Positions 38,433-48,910 of a stretch of 64,000 nucleotides of DNA are shown here, in pieces; the stretch's first letter is position 1, and each line of letters opens with the position of its first letter. The notes below the pieces were generated by a model. The model was not told where the DNA came from. It saw only the letters and a program-made list of their open reading frames with translations, and did not search any database. The stretch comes from Bacilli bacterium (GTDB taxonomy: Bacteria; Bacillota_I; Bacilli_A; RFN20; CAG-826). A program made the translations under genes and the position numbers. The stretch spans positions 2,654 through 66,653 of the forward strand of contig JAGCDH010000003.1 of the NCBI GenBank assembly GCA_017651165.1, given 5' to 3'.

Positions 38433-40760
38433 ATGAGTGAAGGACCCCAAACCTTAACATTGCCATTACTTCCTACACGAAGTTTTGTGCTTTTCCCTTC
38501 CACAATTCAACCAATTGAAGCGGGAAGAGAATTTTCCATCAACGCCATTAGAGCAGCACACGCGCAAGCGGACTCGCTTATCTTTGTGGCGTGCCAAAAG
38601 AACCCAAACGATGAAAAGATTGAACAAAATTCCATCTATCAATATGGCACTTTGTGCCGTATTGTTTCCATCATCGAAAAGGGTGATTTAGTACGCGTTC
38701 GTGTTGATGTCGTTGAAAGAGTACATATCGATAAACTCTCTTACGATAAAGATAATAACTACTATGTCGCAGAAGGCACAGTCAATAAAGTTCCAGAAGT
38801 GAGTGAAATCGAAAACGACTCCATTATTAGAGCGATTGTTGAAAAACTTAACAATCTCCCTAACGTCTTATCGTTACTAAATAAGTCCACTCTCAATATG
38901 GTCAATAAGACCAAAGACGCCGCTAGTTTATGCTACTTATTAGCGGCTAACCTCCAAGGTTCCACCGAAGAAAAGGAAGCCATTTTAGAATGCGATAACG
39001 TCAATTCCTTAATGGAAAAGATTGTTTTACTTCTTTCTGGGGAACAAACCAAAGCCCAAATCGAAGAAAACATCGCTAATTCGGTCCGTGAGTCCTCGGA
39101 AAAACAACAGAAGGAGTATTTCCTTAGAGAGAAATTAAAAGCGATTAAAAAGGAACTTGGTGAAAATACTGATGATAACAATTCACCTGAGACAATTTTG
39201 GAGAAGATTGAGAAAAATCCATATCCAGAAAACATCAAGAAAAAAGTTAAAAGCGAACTTAATAAGTTCGAGATGATGCCTCAAGGTTCTTTAGAGGCCG
39301 CTTTAATCCAAAGCTATTTAGACGTTTTACTCTCCATCCCATGGTGGGAAAAGACCGAAGACGATGAAGACCTTAATCACGTCGAACAAATCTTAGATGA
39401 AGACCATTATGGCTTAGAGATTCCAAAGAAACGTATCATTGAATACTTAGCTATTAAGAAATTAACTGGTAACTTAAAATCCCCAATCCTTTGTTTCTAT
39501 GGCCCACCTGGAACAGGTAAGACTTCATTAGGTAAATCTATCGCAAGAGCGTTAGGACGTAAGTTCTTCAAGGCTTCTTTAGGTGGTATTTCTGATGAAG
39601 CGGAAATCCGTGGTCATAGACGTACATATGTGGGCTCTTTACCTGGTCGTATCATCCAAGGTATGCGTAAAGCGGGCGTCACTAACCCAGTCTTCCTTCT
39701 CGACGAAGTCGATAAGTTAGCCTCATCCTATAAAGGTGACCCAGCGTCAGCCCTTTTAGAAGTGCTCGATCCAGAACAAAACATTCAATTCAACGATAAC
39801 TACGTTGAAGAACCATATGATTTAAGCGATGTCTTGTTCATCTGCACCGCGAACTACTTAGAAAACATTCCTGGTCCATTAAGAGATCGTTTGGAGTTAA
39901 TCCAACTCTCTTCTTATACCGAGATTGAAAAGATGCACATCGTTAAAGAACATTTAATTAGAAAGCAAATCGCTCTTAACGGTTTGAAAGATGATCAAGT
40001 TTCATTTGAAGATGATGCGATTAGATTAATCATCCGCTCCTACACTCGTGAAGCGGGTGTCCGTGAACTTGAAAGAAAGATTGCTTCTTGCTTAAGAAAA
40101 GTCGCTGTTAACTTTGTTAAAGATCCAAAGATGGGCCCAACAGTGATTAACGAAGAAAAAGTCAAAGAATTCTTAGGTGTCCCAATCTTTGAAGATTCCC
40201 ACAAGGAAAAAGAACCACAAGTGGGTGTTGTCACTGGCTTAGCCTATACCGAATATGGTGGTGATATCCTTCCAATCGAAGTCAATTACTTCAAAGGTAA
40301 AGGTGCGCTTATCTTAACTGGTCACCTTGGTGATGTTATGAAAGAAAGCGCGAATATCGCTTTAAGCTATGTGAAGAGCAACGCGGAAACATTTGGTATT
40401 GATCCAGACTTATTCGCTAATAGTGATATCCATATTCACGTCCCAGAAGGCGCTGTGCCAAAAGATGGCCCAAGTGCGGGTGTAGCGATGACTTGTGCGA
40501 TTATTTCTTGCTTAAGCAAGAAACCAGTGTCACCAGATGTCGCGATGACTGGCGAAGTTACCCTTCGTGGACAAGCCTTACCAATCGGTGGCCTCAGAGA
40601 GAAATCTTTAGCCGCTCTCCGCTGTGGCATTAAGGCGATTATCGTTCCAAAGGAAAATAGAAAAGATGTCGAAGAACTTCCACAAGAAGTGAAAGACTCT
40701 TTGAAAATTGAATATATGACAAGCGTCGAAGACGCTGTAAAGTTCTGTTTTGTAAAATAA
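38433..40760 (+). CDS. lon: ATP-dependent Lon protease
   Basis: LON N-domain, AAA+ GPPGTGKTS, and a proteolytic domain with the catalytic motif PKDGPSAG. Confidence 0.95.
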   Translation: MSEGPQTLTLPLLPTRSFVLFPSTIQPIEAGREFSINAIRAAHAQADSLIFVACQKNPNDEKIEQNSIYQYGTLCRIVSIIEKGDLVRVRVDVVERVHIDKLSYDKDNNYYVAEGTVNKVPEVSEIENDSIIRAIVEKLNNLPNVLSLLNKSTLNMVNKTKDAASLCYLLAANLQGSTEEKEAILECDNVNSLMEKIVLLLSGEQTKAQIEENIANSVRESSEKQQKEYFLREKLKAIKKELGENTDDNNSPETILEKIEKNPYPENIKKKVKSELNKFEMMPQGSLEAALIQSYLDVLLSIPWWEKTEDDEDLNHVEQILDEDHYGLEIPKKRIIEYLAIKKLTGNLKSPILCFYGPPGTGKTSLGKSIARALGRKFFKASLGGISDEAEIRGHRRTYVGSLPGRIIQGMRKAGVTNPVFLLDEVDKLASSYKGDPASALLEVLDPEQNIQFNDNYVEEPYDLSDVLFICTANYLENIPGPLRDRLELIQLSSYTEIEKMHIVKEHLIRKQIALNGLKDDQVSFEDDAIRLIIRSYTREAGVRELERKIASCLRKVAVNFVKDPKMGPTVINEEKVKEFLGVPIFEDSHKEKEPQVGVVTGLAYTEYGGDILPIEVNYFKGKGALILTGHLGDVMKESANIALSYVKSNAETFGIDPDLFANSDIHIHVPEGAVPKDGPSAGVAMTCAIISCLSKKPVSPDVAMTGEVTLRGQALPIGGLREKSLAALRCGIKAIIVPKENRKDVEELPQEVKDSLKIEYMTSVEDAVKFCFVK

Positions 40761-40761
40761 C

Positions 40762-41340
40762 ATGATTAACTTTAATAACGTCACATTTGTCAAATCTTGC
40801 CCAACAAGAAAAGAAAAACCTCAGGTGACAAAATCTGAGGTTTTAATCGTTGGCAAATCCAACGTTGGTAAGTCATCTTTAATTAACGCTTTATGTAATA
40901 AAAAGAAGATGGCCTTTACTTCCTCTAAACCCGGCCATACCAGGTTATTAAATTACTATGATATTGATAATGCTTTCTATATCGTTGACGCTCCTGGATA
41001 TGGCTATGCTAAAGGGGGATTAGATTTAGATCGCTTGTTCGCTTCTATGATGGAATCTTATTTTGATAATAACAATGAATTAAAACTTGTTTTAATCTTG
41101 TTAGATGCAAGAAGAGAATTATCTGAAGACGATCAAGAGATTATCAACTTTGTGAAAGAAAGCAATGTGAGTTATTTTATCGTCATCACGAAATACGATA
41201 AGGTTAATCAAAAAGAAAAAGCGGCGTTAAATAAACGCTTAGCAAGTGAAGGGTTTAATAAAGAACAAATCTTTTATACCTCTTCCCTGAACAATGACGG
41301 CTTAAACCTTTTGAAAAAAGGGATTGAAAAAAGCATTTAG
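40762..41340 (+). CDS. engB: Ribosome biogenesis GTPase EngB/YsxC
   Basis: GKSNVGKSSLINAL G1 motif. lon-ysxC synteny as in Bacillus. Confidence 0.85.
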   Translation: MINFNNVTFVKSCPTRKEKPQVTKSEVLIVGKSNVGKSSLINALCNKKKMAFTSSKPGHTRLLNYYDIDNAFYIVDAPGYGYAKGGLDLDRLFASMMESYFDNNNELKLVLILLDARRELSEDDQEIINFVKESNVSYFIVITKYDKVNQKEKAALNKRLASEGFNKEQIFYTSSLNNDGLNLLKKGIEKSI

Positions 41341-41349
41341 TTTAGTAGA

Positions 41350-41560
41350 ATAAAATAGTCCGGTGAAGAAGAGGAGTAATCCTTCTAGTCGCTCATAGAG
41401 AGTCGAGGATGGTGGAAGCTTGACAGTGAAAGAGGATGAAGGTCGCTTTGGAGGAATAGTTACCTAGCGATAATAGGTTAATGAAGTGCATGGGCAAAAG
41501 CTCGTGAACTAAGGTGGTACCACGCGAAAGCGTCCTTAGATGGGCGTTTTTATTTTTTGG
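41350..41560 (+). promoter_or_regulatory. T-box riboswitch leader of valS
   Basis: AGAGA element, T-box AACTAAGGTGGTACCACGCG (41507..41526), then a terminator hairpin AAGCGUCC/GGGCGUUU with a U-run. Confidence 0.8.
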
Positions 41561-41570
41561 AGGCAAGATT

Positions 41571-44162
41571 ATGTTAGATAAAAGATATGATCATCATGCT
41601 GTTGAACAAGGAAAATATGAGAATTGGAAGAAGAAAGGCTACTTTGCTAGTGGCGATAAAAGTAAAGATCCATTTAGCATTGTAATCCCACCGCCAAACG
41701 TTACTGGTAAACTCCATATCGGTCACGCTTGGGATACCACAATTCAAGACATTATTGCCCGCTATAAAAAGATGCAAGGCTTTGATGTTTTATGGCTTCC
41801 AGGCATGGATCACGCTGGTATTGCAACCCAAGCCAAAGTCATGGAAAAGCTAAGAAATAACGGTGTAGACGTGACAAAAATCACACGTGAAGAGTTTTTG
41901 AAGTGGGCTTGGAGCTGGAAAGACGAATACGCAAACACCATCCATCAACAATGGGCGCAAATGGGTTTAGCGTTAGATTATAACAAAGAAAGATTCACCC
42001 TTGATGAAGGCCTTAACTACGCGGTTAGAACTGTATTCGTTGAACTTTATAACAAGGGCTTAATCTACCAAGGTGAAAGAATTATTAACTGGGACCCAGT
42101 GCAAATGACTGCGTTATCTAACGTTGAAGTCATTCACCAAGATGACCCTGGCTTTATGTATTACTTTAAGTACCCAATCGTGGGCACAAATGAATACTTA
42201 ACCGTGGCCACAACCCGTCCAGAAACAATGTTTGGCGATGTCTGTGTCTGTGTCAATCCAAAAGATAAGAGATATACAAAATACCATGGAATGAAGGTTA
42301 TAAATCCCGCTAACCACGAAGAGTTACCAATCATTCCTGATGAATACGTGGATATTGAATTCGGTACTGGTGCGATGAAATGTACACCAGCGCATGACCC
42401 TAATGACTTTGTCATTGGCAAGAAATATAACCTTGAGATGCCAATTATCTTTAATAAAGACGCCACGATGAATGAAAAGTGTGGTTCTTATCAAGGTATG
42501 GACCGTTTCGCGTGTCGCGAAGCCTTATTAAATAAAATTAAAGAAGAAGGAAACTTTGTTAAACAAGAAAGCATCATTCACTCTGTTGGTCATAGTGAAA
42601 GAAGCCATACAGTCGTGGAACCAATGCTTTCCAAACAATGGTTTGTGAAGATGAGACCTCTCGCCGATCAAACATTAGCTAATCAAAAGAAGAAAGACGC
42701 CAAAGTTTCGTTCATTCCAGAGAGATTTGAAAAAGTCTTAATTCAATGGATGGAAAACGCTGAAGACTGGTGTGTTTCTCGTCAGTTATGGTGGGGTCAC
42801 CGTATCCCTGCTTATTATAATAAGCATACTGGTGAAGTTAAGGTCTTAATGGATCCACCAGAAGATATGGAAAACTGGACCCAAGAAAGTGACGTTTTAG
42901 ACACTTGGTTCTCTAGTGCCCTTTGGCCATTCTCCACATTAGGTTGGCCAAATAAAACCGCTGATTTGGAAAGATATTTCCCAACCGATGTTTTAGTCAC
43001 TGGTTATGACATCATCTTTTTCTGGGTTTCCCGTATGATCTTCCAAAGTTTAGAGATGAATAAGGTGAGACCATTTAAAGAAGTAGTGATACACGGTCTT
43101 GTCAGAGACGAACTAGGCCGCAAAATGTCTAAGACATTAGGCAATGGCGTTGACCCAATGCAAGTCATCGACCAATATGGCGCGGACGCTTTACGTTACT
43201 TCTTAACCACAAACAGTACTCCTGGACAAGACATGCGTTATATCGACGAAAAAGTCCAAGCGGCTTCCAATTATCTCAACAAGATTTGGAACTCCGCAAG
43301 ATACGTTTTATCAATCTTGGGAGACGATTATAAAGAAGCAAAATTAGATAAATCTAATTTATCTGCGTTAGATCAATGGATTATCAATCGTTTAGAAGAG
43401 ACAATTAAGAATGTCACTATGAACATGGATAAGTATGATTTTAACGCGGCGAGTAACCACTTATATAACTTCGTTTATGATGACTTCTGCTCCCAATACT
43501 TAGAGATGAGTAAAGTCGCCTTAAATAGTGATGATGAGACAAAAAAGAACATCACCAAACAAGTCTTATTAACTTGTCTCAAGAATGTGATTCTTCTCAT
43601 TTATCCATATACTCCATTCATCGCGGAAGAACTTTATTGTTCTTTACCAAATCATTTGGATTCTATCATGCTTGAAAGTTATCCAAAATACGATAAGGGC
43701 TTAGTGAATACCGCTAATGATTATCAAGTTGAATTATTGTTCAATCTCATTAAGGATGTCCGTAATTATAAGATTGAGAACAAACTCGCACCTAATGCGA
43801 ATCTAGAATTATCTCTCCTTCTTAAGAAAGAAATGTTTGATGACTTTATGAGTTATCTCAAGCGTTTCTCTTTCTCAGAAGTTAAACTCATTAACGATAA
43901 TAAAGACGCCAAAGGTGAAAGCCACATTTATAACGAAGCGGAACTCTATATCGTTAATGAAGCGGGCAAAGATGAACTCTTAGCTAAACTCACTAAAGAG
44001 GCAGAAAACTTGCGCAACGAGATCAAACGTTGTGAAAATATGCTCAATAATCCAAATTTTATTTCTAAAGCTCCAGCGGAAAAGGTTTCTCTTGAGAGAG
44101 AAAAACTCCAAAAACACCGCGAAAATCTAGAAGTTTTAGAAAAGAAAATGCAAAATATTTAA
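41571..44162 (+). CDS. valS: Valine--tRNA ligase
   Basis: PPPNVTGKLHIGHA (HIGH) and KMSKTLGN (KMSKS), with a C-terminal coiled coil. Start at ATG 41571 with a GGAGG RBS; the track ORF starts upstream at 41514. Confidence 0.95.
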   Translation: MLDKRYDHHAVEQGKYENWKKKGYFASGDKSKDPFSIVIPPPNVTGKLHIGHAWDTTIQDIIARYKKMQGFDVLWLPGMDHAGIATQAKVMEKLRNNGVDVTKITREEFLKWAWSWKDEYANTIHQQWAQMGLALDYNKERFTLDEGLNYAVRTVFVELYNKGLIYQGERIINWDPVQMTALSNVEVIHQDDPGFMYYFKYPIVGTNEYLTVATTRPETMFGDVCVCVNPKDKRYTKYHGMKVINPANHEELPIIPDEYVDIEFGTGAMKCTPAHDPNDFVIGKKYNLEMPIIFNKDATMNEKCGSYQGMDRFACREALLNKIKEEGNFVKQESIIHSVGHSERSHTVVEPMLSKQWFVKMRPLADQTLANQKKKDAKVSFIPERFEKVLIQWMENAEDWCVSRQLWWGHRIPAYYNKHTGEVKVLMDPPEDMENWTQESDVLDTWFSSALWPFSTLGWPNKTADLERYFPTDVLVTGYDIIFFWVSRMIFQSLEMNKVRPFKEVVIHGLVRDELGRKMSKTLGNGVDPMQVIDQYGADALRYFLTTNSTPGQDMRYIDEKVQAASNYLNKIWNSARYVLSILGDDYKEAKLDKSNLSALDQWIINRLEETIKNVTMNMDKYDFNAASNHLYNFVYDDFCSQYLEMSKVALNSDDETKKNITKQVLLTCLKNVILLIYPYTPFIAEELYCSLPNHLDSIMLESYPKYDKGLVNTANDYQVELLFNLIKDVRNYKIENKLAPNANLELSLLLKKEMFDDFMSYLKRFSFSEVKLINDNKDAKGESHIYNEAELYIVNEAGKDELLAKLTKEAENLRNEIKRCENMLNNPNFISKAPAEKVSLEREKLQKHRENLEVLEKKMQNI

Positions 44163-44219
44163 AATTTTTTGGACAAATTTCAAAAAGTCCTTCTATTGGT
44201 TAAGTAGGAGGATCTTTTT

Positions 44220-44402
44220 ATGAAATACCAATTAATGAACCCAGAAGAAATGAAAAACCATTATGTCGGTGAAGCGATTACCGTCACCGCTGTGATGGCC
44301 ATCTTAACTGTCGCCATCATGGCGGTAGTGGTCTATCGTTTATTCCGCTCTGGTAAAGGCGGAGTAACTGTTCCTGGTGGCTGGAAGTTTTCTTGGGCCT
44401 AA
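44220..44402 (+). CDS. Small single-TM membrane protein (hypothetical)
   Basis: 60 aa. RBS AGGAGG upstream. One hydrophobic helix. Overlaps radC by 10 nt. Confidence 0.3.
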   Translation: MKYQLMNPEEMKNHYVGEAITVTAVMAILTVAIMAVVVYRLFRSGKGGVTVPGGWKFSWA

Positions 44403-45097
44403 TGAGTAAGATTCAAGATTTACCCATCATCGAAAAACCGAGGGAGAAAGCAGAACGCTTTGGTATTGAGTCATTGAAAGATGAAGAGCTATTAGCCCTT
44501 ATCATCAATAGTGGGACAGTTGGTCATTCCACTTTAGATATTGCGCGTGACATATTAACGGATTGTCGTTCCTTATCGGGCATCATCAATAAACCTTTAC
44601 CATATTTCTGTGGCTTTAAAGGTTTAAAAGAAGCAAAAGCTTTTAAGTTATTAGCGGTCTCAGAAATCGCTAAGCGTATTAAGGAAAGACAGTTCTATTC
44701 TAAAGAAGAAAACCAAGTCATCACCAGTGAATCTCTTTACCAGCGTTATGCTTTACGCCTCGTCGGTTTAACCCAGGAACAACTCATCATCGTTATTCTT
44801 AATAAGAATAAACAAATCATAACTGAGAAAGTTTTATACTGTGGAGACGAGAATAATATCCCAATTAATCCTCGCGATATTTTGCGGTTATTAATGATCC
44901 ATAACGGATATTACTTTTATCTCATTCATAACCACCCAAACGATTCGTTTTTACCTAGCGAAGCGGACATCACTTTTACCAAAAGAATTGAAGAAAAAGC
45001 CAGACACATCAACGCTAAACTACTTGATCACATCATCATTTCTAGAAAAGGATATTACTCTTTTCTGCACGCTCAGATTTGCCATCAAATGGCATAG
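44393..45097 (+). CDS. radC: RadC-like JAB/MPN-domain protein (UPF0758)
   Basis: N-terminal HhH-like region (PREKAERFGIESLKDEELLALII) and a C-terminal JAMM-like HNHP motif (LIHNHPNDSFLPSEAD). Confidence 0.8.
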   Translation: MGLMSKIQDLPIIEKPREKAERFGIESLKDEELLALIINSGTVGHSTLDIARDILTDCRSLSGIINKPLPYFCGFKGLKEAKAFKLLAVSEIAKRIKERQFYSKEENQVITSESLYQRYALRLVGLTQEQLIIVILNKNKQIITEKVLYCGDENNIPINPRDILRLLMIHNGYYFYLIHNHPNDSFLPSEADITFTKRIEEKARHINAKLLDHIIISRKGYYSFLHAQICHQMA

Positions 45098-45411
45098 GTA
45101 CTTATATGGCAAGAAGCGAATTTAGATACAACCGAAAAAGAAAGCACTATTCTTATCTTTTTAAAGACAATGGTGAAAGGAGAATGAACTTTGTTCTTAC
45201 TTCAAAGCCAACCAGAAAAGAACATAAAAGAATAAAAAAGAATGTTAAGTTATTTTGTAACCCGAATCCGAATAATAAAAATGATTCATATTTAATACCA
45301 ATTGCCTATTGTGACAGTATTAAATCATTTGACGAAAGAATCTTGAAGTGGAACTTTCATATCAACGACAAACGTATAGTTAAAAGACTGAAGAAATATC
45401 GAAAAGTATAA
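45079..45411 (+). CDS. Small, very basic hypothetical protein
   Basis: Lys/Arg-rich ORF. An internal start at 45187 (MNFVL) has a better RBS (GAAAGGAGA). Weak call. Confidence 0.25.
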   Translation: MPSNGIGTYMARSEFRYNRKRKHYSYLFKDNGERRMNFVLTSKPTRKEHKRIKKNVKLFCNPNPNNKNDSYLIPIAYCDSIKSFDERILKWNFHINDKRIVKRLKKYRKV

Positions 45412-45790
45412 AAAAAGCCAGCTCGAAGCGCATCAATTAAGACCGCTATATCAACTGGCTATCTTAGCCAGCGCGAGCTCCCACCCTTTCGGGTCGGCTT
45501 CTGCTGGCAAAACTATTATTTCAAAACGTTCACTTTTTGTCAAATAAAAAAGTCAGCTACGATTCCACCGTTTCCAGCGGTCAATCACTGACTAACACAT
45601 TTATACCATATTTGGAGATAGATTCAAAACAAATCTGAAAATTTCTGCAATTTGTTGTTGAAGCATATTATAACTTATGTTATATTACATGCGTTGTCGC
45701 CTCACTAGCTACAACCGCATAGAAAAGGTTAATAAACTTATTAAAGTGCCTTCATAGCGAGTACTTAGTGAAGAAAAAAGGAGGGACATT
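45412..45790. ncRNA. Long structured non-coding region upstream of rplU: candidate L21 leader and/or an unassigned sRNA
   Basis: 379 nt with no ORF of 60 aa or more in any frame. The GC-rich segment 45419..45512 has nested stems (GCCAGC...GCTGGC, CCCACCC-TTTC-GGGTCGG). A second stem-loop GTCAG...CTGAC is near 45555..45595. Confidence 0.35.
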
Positions 45791-46099
45791 ATGTACGCAA
45801 TTATTGAAACTGGTGGAAAACAAGTCCGCGTTGAAGTTGGCTCAAAGATTTACGTCGAAAAACTCGATGCCGAAGTCGGTTCAACAATCACCCTCGACAA
45901 AGTTCTCTTATTAGGAGACAAAGCTGTGAAAGTTGGCACCCCATATATCAGTGGTGCAAAAGTTACTGCTAAAGTCGAGAAACAAGGAAAAGGCAAAAAA
46001 ATCCGCGTCTTCAAGTACAAAGCAAAAGCTAACGAACACAAGACCATTGGTCATCGTCAACCTTATACTTGCTTAGTAGTTGAAAGCATCAATGGCTAA
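45791..46099 (+). CDS. rplU: 50S ribosomal protein L21
   Basis: [28 protein letters not shown]. Confidence 0.95.
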   Translation: MYAIIETGGKQVRVEVGSKIYVEKLDAEVGSTITLDKVLLLGDKAVKVGTPYISGAKVTAKVEKQGKGKKIRVFKYKAKANEHKTIGHRQPYTCLVVESING

Positions 46100-46101
46100 T
46101 C

Positions 46102-46413
46102 ATGATTAAAGTCAAAATTGGCCACGCATCTAATAATCAAGTTAACTTCTTAGAAGTTACTGGTCATGCGAATTCCGCACCTTATGGTCAAGATCTCATC
46201 TGCGCTGCAGTGAGTGCGGTCATCACAGGCGGATTCAATAACTTAGTAAATCTTAAGAACTATGAAATCAAACTTGATGAAGGACATGCCTACTTCAAAG
46301 GTAACGCTCCATTAGATGCCCATGACGAAGCTGTAATTGAAACCATTATTTGTGGGTTAAACACAATACAGGAATCAAATCCAGAATTCGTCGAAATCAA
46401 AACCGATAAATAA
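46102..46413 (+). CDS. prp: Ribosomal-processing cysteine protease Prp (YsxB)
   Basis: About 100 aa with a conserved His and Cys (GHANSAPYGQDLICAAVS), sited between rplU and rpmA. Confidence 0.8.
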   Translation: MIKVKIGHASNNQVNFLEVTGHANSAPYGQDLICAAVSAVITGGFNNLVNLKNYEIKLDEGHAYFKGNAPLDAHDEAVIETIICGLNTIQESNPEFVEIKTDK

Positions 46414-46437
46414 TTCGGTAGAAAAGAGGAAAATAAG

Positions 46438-46722
46438 ATGTTATTTAAATTAAATCTCCAACTCTTTGCTAGTAAAAAAGGTGTCGGTTCCACAAAAAAC
46501 GGACGTGATTCTGCTGGTCGTAGACTTGGCGCAAAAGTCGCTGATGGACAATGGTGCCATGCTGGTAGCATTATCTACCGTCAAAGAGGAACAAGAATCT
46601 ATCCTGGTGTTAACACCAAGAAAGGTAAAGATGACACAATCTTTGCAACTTGCAATGGTGTCGTGAAATACGAACGCTCTGGCAAAGACAGAACAGTTGT
46701 GAAAGTTGTTCCACAAGAATAA
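46438..46722 (+). CDS. rpmA: 50S ribosomal protein L27 with the Prp-cleaved N-terminal extension
   Basis: [10 protein letters not shown]|[15 protein letters not shown]. The pro-peptide and cleavage site are conserved with Firmicutes L27. Confidence 0.95.
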   Translation: MLFKLNLQLFASKKGVGSTKNGRDSAGRRLGAKVADGQWCHAGSIIYRQRGTRIYPGVNTKKGKDDTIFATCNGVVKYERSGKDRTVVKVVPQE

Positions 46723-46738
46723 TTGAAAAAAAGACATT

Positions 46739-46766
46739 AAGACCACATTATTTTGTGGTCTTTTTG
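46739..46766 (+). terminator. Rho-independent terminator after rpmA
   Basis: GACCACA-ttattt-TGTGGTC followed by TTTTT. Confidence 0.65.
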
Positions 46767-46806
46767 TATGCAATTCTATATAATAGAAACAAAGAAGAGT
46801 AATAGT

Positions 46807-48084
46807 ATGTTTATCGATCGTGCCGTTATTGAAGTCAGAAGTGGAAAAGGTGGCGATGGCGCCATTGCCTTTTTACGTGAAAAATACGTACCAAAAGGTG
46901 GTCCTGCTGGTGGTAATGGTGGTCGTGGTGGCTCCGTTTATTTTAGAGCCAACAAAGCTATCAACACACTCTTCAATTTTAGACATAGCAAAACCTTTAT
47001 CGCTAACGATGGTGAAAAAGGTGGTATTAAGAACCAATACGGCAAATACGCCGAAGACGTCATCGTTGATGTTCCAATTGGCACAGTCATCTTTGAAGAA
47101 AAAGATCATGTGTTTTTAGGTGACCTTAACGAAGAAGGTAAGATGATTAGAGTCGCAAAAGGTGGTCGTGGTGGTCGTGGTAATTCCTGCTTCAAGAGTT
47201 CCACAAATCGCGTTCCAAAGATTGCGGAAAACGGTGAACCAGGCGAAAGAAAAAGATTAATTCTTGAACTCAAGCTTTTAGCGGATGTCGGTTTAGTTGG
47301 CTTCCCAAGCGTTGGTAAATCAACACTTTTAAGTGTTGTAAGTGCCGCTCGTCCAGAAATCGCCGATTATCCATTTACCACAATCGTGCCAAATCTTGGT
47401 GTCGTTTCTGTTAAAGATGGTTCATCCTTTGTGATGGCGGACTTACCAGGACTCATTGAAGGTGCCCATCAAGGTAAGGGTTTGGGTTTACAATTCTTGA
47501 GACATATTGAACGTTGTCGTCTCATTGTTCATGTCATCGACCTCTCTAATACTGGTCGTGACCCATATGAAGATTACAAGATTATTAATAATGAATTAGA
47601 AGCCTATTGCTTTGCATTAGAAAAAAGACCACAAATAATCGTGGCCTCAAAGATGGATGAAGAAGGCGCTGAAGAACGTCTCAAAGCTTTAAAGAAAAAG
47701 ATTAAACAGGAGATTATTCCGATTTCCGCGATTACTGAAGAAGGTATTGATACTTTACTTTATAAATGCAGCGCTCTTCTTAAAGAAACACCAGCCTTCC
47801 CATTATTTGATGAAGAAAAAGAAGAACTTGATCATAAGACATATACCCTTGAGGAAGAAGAGCCATTCTTCACCGTGGAAAGAATTAAACAACATGTGTG
47901 GAATATCGGTGGTGAAAAGATGCTCAAGTTCTATAAAATGACCAACATCTCCACTGATGAAGGTATGATGTTATTGATGAGTAAGATTCGTTCACTCCGC
48001 ATTGATGATGTTCTCGAGAACATGGGCGCGGAAGATGGCGACACTGTCATCCTTGATGATTTTGAATTTGAATACGTGAGGTAA
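46807..48084 (+). CDS. obg: GTPase Obg
   Basis: MFIDRAVIEVRSGKGGDGA start, an Obg fold with Gly-rich repeats, the G domain GFPSVGKST, and a C-terminal TGS-like domain. Confidence 0.9.
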   Translation: MFIDRAVIEVRSGKGGDGAIAFLREKYVPKGGPAGGNGGRGGSVYFRANKAINTLFNFRHSKTFIANDGEKGGIKNQYGKYAEDVIVDVPIGTVIFEEKDHVFLGDLNEEGKMIRVAKGGRGGRGNSCFKSSTNRVPKIAENGEPGERKRLILELKLLADVGLVGFPSVGKSTLLSVVSAARPEIADYPFTTIVPNLGVVSVKDGSSFVMADLPGLIEGAHQGKGLGLQFLRHIERCRLIVHVIDLSNTGRDPYEDYKIINNELEAYCFALEKRPQIIVASKMDEEGAEERLKALKKKIKQEIIPISAITEEGIDTLLYKCSALLKETPAFPLFDEEKEELDHKTYTLEEEEPFFTVERIKQHVWNIGGEKMLKFYKMTNISTDEGMMLLMSKIRSLRIDDVLENMGAEDGDTVILDDFEFEYVR

Positions 48085-48085
48085 T

Positions 48086-48823
48086 ATGGACTTAAAAAGC
48101 TATTTAAAAGAAATCGAACAGTTTCTTAAAGAATACCTAGAAAAAGCACACTGTGATAAATACATCCTTGGTGTTTCTGGTGGTGTTGATTCTTCTTTAT
48201 GCGCGGCTATTTTAAAAAGCGCAGTAGGAAGAGAAAAAGTACATTGTTTAATTCTCCCAATTAATTCCATTCCCGCGGATGCAGAGGATGGCTTAACTTT
48301 AGTTAAAGATTTAGACCTACCATATGAAGTGATCGACACTAGCGAAGCATTTAATGCTTATGTTAAGGAATTCAAAAACAAAGGCATTGAACTAGATAAA
48401 TCAACTTTAGGTAACTTAAAAGCCCGTATGAGAATGTCTATTCTTTACGCTGTTGCCCAAAAAGAACGTGGTTTAGTGGTGGGCACTGATAATGCTGATG
48501 AAAGATACGTTGGCTATTTCACCAAACACGGGGATGGGGCTTGCGACATTTTACCAATCGCTCACTTATTAAAAAGTGAAGTCGTGGAAGCAGCCAAGAT
48601 TTATGGCGTGAGAGATCATCTCGCCGAAAGAGTGCCTTCCGCTGGTCTATTTGAAGGCCAAACCGATGAAACTGAAATGGGCATTACTTATCAAGAACTT
48701 GATGCTTATCTCTTAGGGAAAGAAATCCCAGAAGAAAGCAAAAAGCGCATTGAACATCTCCACAAGATTTCTGGCCACAAAAGAATAGTGACCCCAATGG
48801 CAAAAGAGTTCAAAAGAGATTAA
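48086..48823 (+). CDS. nadE: NH3-dependent NAD+ synthetase
   Basis: PP-loop motif GVSGGVDSS. 245 aa. Confidence 0.9.
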   Translation: MDLKSYLKEIEQFLKEYLEKAHCDKYILGVSGGVDSSLCAAILKSAVGREKVHCLILPINSIPADAEDGLTLVKDLDLPYEVIDTSEAFNAYVKEFKNKGIELDKSTLGNLKARMRMSILYAVAQKERGLVVGTDNADERYVGYFTKHGDGACDILPIAHLLKSEVVEAAKIYGVRDHLAERVPSAGLFEGQTDETEMGITYQELDAYLLGKEIPEESKKRIEHLHKISGHKRIVTPMAKEFKRD

Positions 48824-48910
48824 AAAAGAAGGTTAAGAAATTGACCTTGTTTATACATTTATAGTTACAAAATATTCAATAATTTATAAAATTATAGAAA
48901 GGAAATACTT

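Noticed and set aside
45412-45790. tmRNA or RNase P RNA in the long intergenic region
   Set aside because: No tRNA-like T-arm (GGTTCGAnTCC) with an ACCA terminus and no tag-peptide reading frame ending ..ALAA-stop. No RNase P conserved AGGAAAGTCCGGGCTCC-type motifs. I also could not match the SRP domain IV consensus. The region is kept only as an unassigned structured region.
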